This document shows, piece after piece, positions 42,102-44,326 of a stretch of 44,326 nucleotides of DNA (within the stretch, counting starts at the first letter, position 1; every line of letters starts with the position of its first letter). The notes below the pieces were generated by a model. The model was not told the origin of the DNA. It made no database searches and saw only the letters and a list, made by a program, of their open reading frames with translations. The position numbers were made by a program, and so were the translations under genes. This DNA is from an uncultured bacterium (GTDB lineage: Bacteria > Hydrothermota > Tepidihabitantia > Tepidihabitantales > Tepidihabitantaceae), in the NCBI GenBank assembly GCA_964592755.1, contig CAZQFS010000004.1, forward strand, positions 1-44,326, given 5' to 3'.

Positions 42102-42344
42102 ATGGCCCTGAATGACGATGTCAAGAACATCATTGTTGAGCAGTTGCACGTGACCCCGGAGAAGGTCACCGACAGCGCCCACTTCGTTGACGACCTGGGT
42201 GCGGATTCGCTCGACATCGTCGAACTGGTGATGGCGTTCGAAGAGAAGTTCGGTATTGAGATACCGGACGAGGATTCGCAGCAGTTGACCACTGTCGGCA
42301 AGGCGGTGGACTACCTGCAGAGGCGGATGGCCGAGAAGAAATAG
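42102..42344 (+). CDS. acpP: Acyl carrier protein
   Basis: 80 aa. Phosphopantetheine site [18 protein letters not shown]. Strong AAGGAGG Shine-Dalgarno sequence. Confidence 0.95.
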   Translation: MALNDDVKNIIVEQLHVTPEKVTDSAHFVDDLGADSLDIVELVMAFEEKFGIEIPDEDSQQLTTVGKAVDYLQRRMAEKK

Positions 42345-42364
42345 CCTTCTCGGGCAGTTTCGCG

Positions 42365-43633
42365 ATGAGTTCAGAGGCAACCGGAGCCAGCGGTCGCCGG
42401 CGCGTGGTCGTGACCGGCCTGGGCGCGGTCACGCCCATCGGCAACGACACGGCCAGTTTCTGGCAGGGTCTGATGGAAGGCCGGAGCGGCATCGCCCGCA
42501 TCAGCGCCTTTGACCCGTCAGACCTGGAAGTCCAGATTGGCGCCGAGGTCAAGGGTTTCGACCCGACGCGGCGGCTCGACCCGAAACTGGCAAAGCGCAG
42601 CGACCGTTTCACCCAGTTTGCCCTCTACGCCGCCGATGAGGCGGTCAAGGATGCCCGGCTCGACTTCGCCGCCGAGGATGCCGACCGCGTCGGCTCGGTG
42701 GTCGGCTCAGGTATGGGCGGGGTCCAGACCTGGGAGACGCAGCATGCCGCGTTCATCGAGAAGGGACCGCGGCGCGTGTCACCGCTCCTGATTCCGATGA
42801 TGATTCCCGACATGGCCTGCGGCCAGATCGCCATCTGCTACGGCCTGCGCGGTCCGAACTACGACACGACTTCGGCCTGCGCCTCCGGGGCTCATGCCAC
42901 CGGCGTGGCGATGCGCCACATCGTGGCCGGCGACGCCGACGTGATGATTGCGGGCGGCTCCGAGGCCGCAATCACGAAGTTCACCGTGGCGGCATTTGCG
43001 AACATGGGTGCGCTGTCGAAGCGCAATGCCGAGCCCGACAAAGCGTCGCGTCCGTTCGACCGGAACCGGGACGGGTTCGTAATCGGCGAAGGCTGCGCCA
43101 TCTATGTCCTCGAGGAGCTCGGACATGCCCTGCGGCGCGGCGCGCCGATTTACTGCGAACTCGCCGGCTTCGGCGCGACCGCCGACGCCCATCACATCAC
43201 CGCGCCCGACCCGGCCGCGCGCGGTGCGACCGCCGCGATGCGCCGGGCCTTGGCCGAGGCCGGGCTCGGGCCCGCCGACGTTGACTACATCAACGCGCAC
43301 GGCACTTCCACCCCCTTGAATGACGCGACTGAAGTTCAGGCGGTCGTTGAGTTGTTCGGCGAGCGTGCCCGTCGGATTGCCATCAACTCCACCAAGTCGA
43401 TGATTGGCCACGGCCTGGGCGCGGCCGGCTCGATGGAGTTTGTCGTCACCGCGCTGGCGGTGAAGCACGGCCGGGTGCATGCCACGGTCAACCACGAGAC
43501 CCCGGACGACGGCGTGGACCTTGACTTCGTGAAGGGCTCGGCCCGTGACCTGCCGGTGCGCGTGGCTTTGTCAAACTCGTTCGGATTCGGCGGACACAAC
43601 GTCTGTCTCTGCCTCCGGGCATTCGAGGGCTAG
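42365..43633 (+). CDS. fabF: 3-oxoacyl-ACP synthase II
   Basis: RRVVVTGLGAVTPIGN, active-site Cys context TTSACASGAHA, HITAP, NAHGTSTPLND, GHGLGAAG, SNSFGFGGHN. Confidence 0.93.
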   Translation: MSSEATGASGRRRVVVTGLGAVTPIGNDTASFWQGLMEGRSGIARISAFDPSDLEVQIGAEVKGFDPTRRLDPKLAKRSDRFTQFALYAADEAVKDARLDFAAEDADRVGSVVGSGMGGVQTWETQHAAFIEKGPRRVSPLLIPMMIPDMACGQIAICYGLRGPNYDTTSACASGAHATGVAMRHIVAGDADVMIAGGSEAAITKFTVAAFANMGALSKRNAEPDKASRPFDRNRDGFVIGEGCAIYVLEELGHALRRGAPIYCELAGFGATADAHHITAPDPAARGATAAMRRALAEAGLGPADVDYINAHGTSTPLNDATEVQAVVELFGERARRIAINSTKSMIGHGLGAAGSMEFVVTALAVKHGRVHATVNHETPDDGVDLDFVKGSARDLPVRVALSNSFGFGGHNVCLCLRAFEG

Positions 43634-43636
43634 CCG

Positions 43637-44326
43637 GTGAACATCGTCGTCTGTGTCAAGCAGGTCCCTTCGACCGAGACAAGAATCCGGGTCAACACCC
43701 AGACCGGGTACGTTGACCTGTCGGACGCGGAATGGGTCGTCAACCCTTTCGACGAGTATGCACTCGAGACTGCGCTGCGGACCAAAGAGAAACTCGGCGC
43801 CGGCACGATAACCGCGCTCGGCCTCGGGCCGGACCGGGTCAAGGCCGCGCTGCGCACCTGCCTCGCGATGGGTCTCGACGCGGCGGTGCATCTCTGCGAC
43901 CCCGCATTCGACGGCTTGGACGCGCTCTCTGTCGGCCGGGTGCTGGCCGCGGCCCTGAAGAACATCCCCCACGACCTGGTGCTGTGCGGCAAGCAGGCAG
44001 TGGACGACGACCAGGCCGCGGTGCCGGCGGCCATTGCACATTTCCTTGGGCTGCCGCACGTTGCCGCGGTGACCGAGGTGGCTGTTTCGTCCGGCGCAGG
44101 AGAGCTCACTGCCCGGCGCGAAGTCGAAGGAGCGACCGAGGTCGTGGTCTCGTCGCTGCCCTGTCTGGTCACGGTCGGCAAGGCGGCTTACGAGCCCCGG
44201 TACCCGACCCTGAAACTGATGATGGCAGCCAAGCGGAAAGAGATACCGGTAATTGATGCGGCCGGGCTCGGGCTCGGGTCGGACCTGCTTACCCGCCGCG
44301 TTGAGCACCTGGATGACCGTCTGCCG
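43637..44326 (+). CDS. etfB: Electron transfer flavoprotein beta subunit (3' end outside the window)
   Basis: Absent from the ORF track because it has no stop in the window. From the GTG at 43637, 230 open codons read VNIVVCVKQVPSTETRIRVN...VVNPFDEYALETALR...LVLCGKQAVDDDQAAVPAAIAHFLGLPHV, a typical EtfB N-terminus. Confidence 0.85.
   Translation, partial: MNIVVCVKQVPSTETRIRVNTQTGYVDLSDAEWVVNPFDEYALETALRTKEKLGAGTITALGLGPDRVKAALRTCLAMGLDAAVHLCDPAFDGLDALSVGRVLAAALKNIPHDLVLCGKQAVDDDQAAVPAAIAHFLGLPHVAAVTEVAVSSGAGELTARREVEGATEVVVSSLPCLVTVGKAAYEPRYPTLKLMMAAKRKEIPVIDAAGLGLGSDLLTRRVEHLDDRLP

Noticed and set aside
1-44326. tRNA, rRNA, tmRNA and SRP RNA genes
   Set aside because: I scanned intergenic regions by eye for T-arm GGTTCGAATCC-like boxes, the tmRNA 3' end and the SRP GGAAGCAGC motif and found none. 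All chance matches lie inside solid CDSs. This was not an exhaustive computational scan.

Overview
High-GC (roughly two-thirds G+C by eye) bacterial chromosomal window, densely coding, with no rRNA, tRNA or CRISPR array that I could find. Several markers suggest an uncultivated anaerobe of the FCB-type lineage (weak inference): a T9SS C-terminal sorting domain, an outer-membrane barrel paired with a DUF4249-like lipoprotein, an [FeFe]-hydrogenase-like gene and NuoEFG/Nfn genes.

Gene content, left to right:
- An outer-membrane barrel fragment plus a lipoprotein.
- A minus-strand operon of GAF histidine kinase, secreted beta-propeller and stand-alone receiver.
- An orphan 304-aa protein.
- A tightly packed 10-gene minus-strand redox operon (6253-16373). 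It holds a Cys-rich protein, DRTGG, NuoE/F/G-like proteins, NfnA/B-like proteins, a second DRTGG, an HATPase kinase-like protein and a putative sensory [FeFe]-hydrogenase-like protein.
- A plus-strand cluster of poorly characterised proteins (SnoaL-like, 2TM, DUF4389, a 4Fe-4S protein and a membrane protein).
- A large S8 protease with a T9SS sorting domain.
- The conserved phoH-ybeY-CNNM-CNNM-recO block, then comEC.
- Two SAM methyltransferases, cstA and a TPR protein.
- A bacterial EndoQ homologue, a HIT protein, a GxxExxY (PD-(D/E)XK) gene and a HAD hydrolase.
- acpS, topA, a PPC/DUF296 protein, acpP-fabF and the start of etfB.

Most interesting items:
1. The redox operon looks like a five-subunit NuoEFG+NfnAB hybrid. 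It has no catalytic hydrogenase or formate dehydrogenase subunit, yet it is wired to an H2-sensor-like regulatory module.
2. A family of about 22-nt inverted repeats (consensus about CACSACAAAGACACMAAGGCAC) occurs at three loci. One pair brackets the GxxExxY gene like a small mobile cassette, and two pairs are cargo-less, MITE-like hairpin copies.
3. About 780 nt upstream of the acpP promoter is gene-free, A/C-skewed and hairpin-rich, with a degenerate 12-nt periodic repeat.

Many long ORFs in the supplied track are antisense shadow ORFs typical of GC-rich DNA and were rejected.
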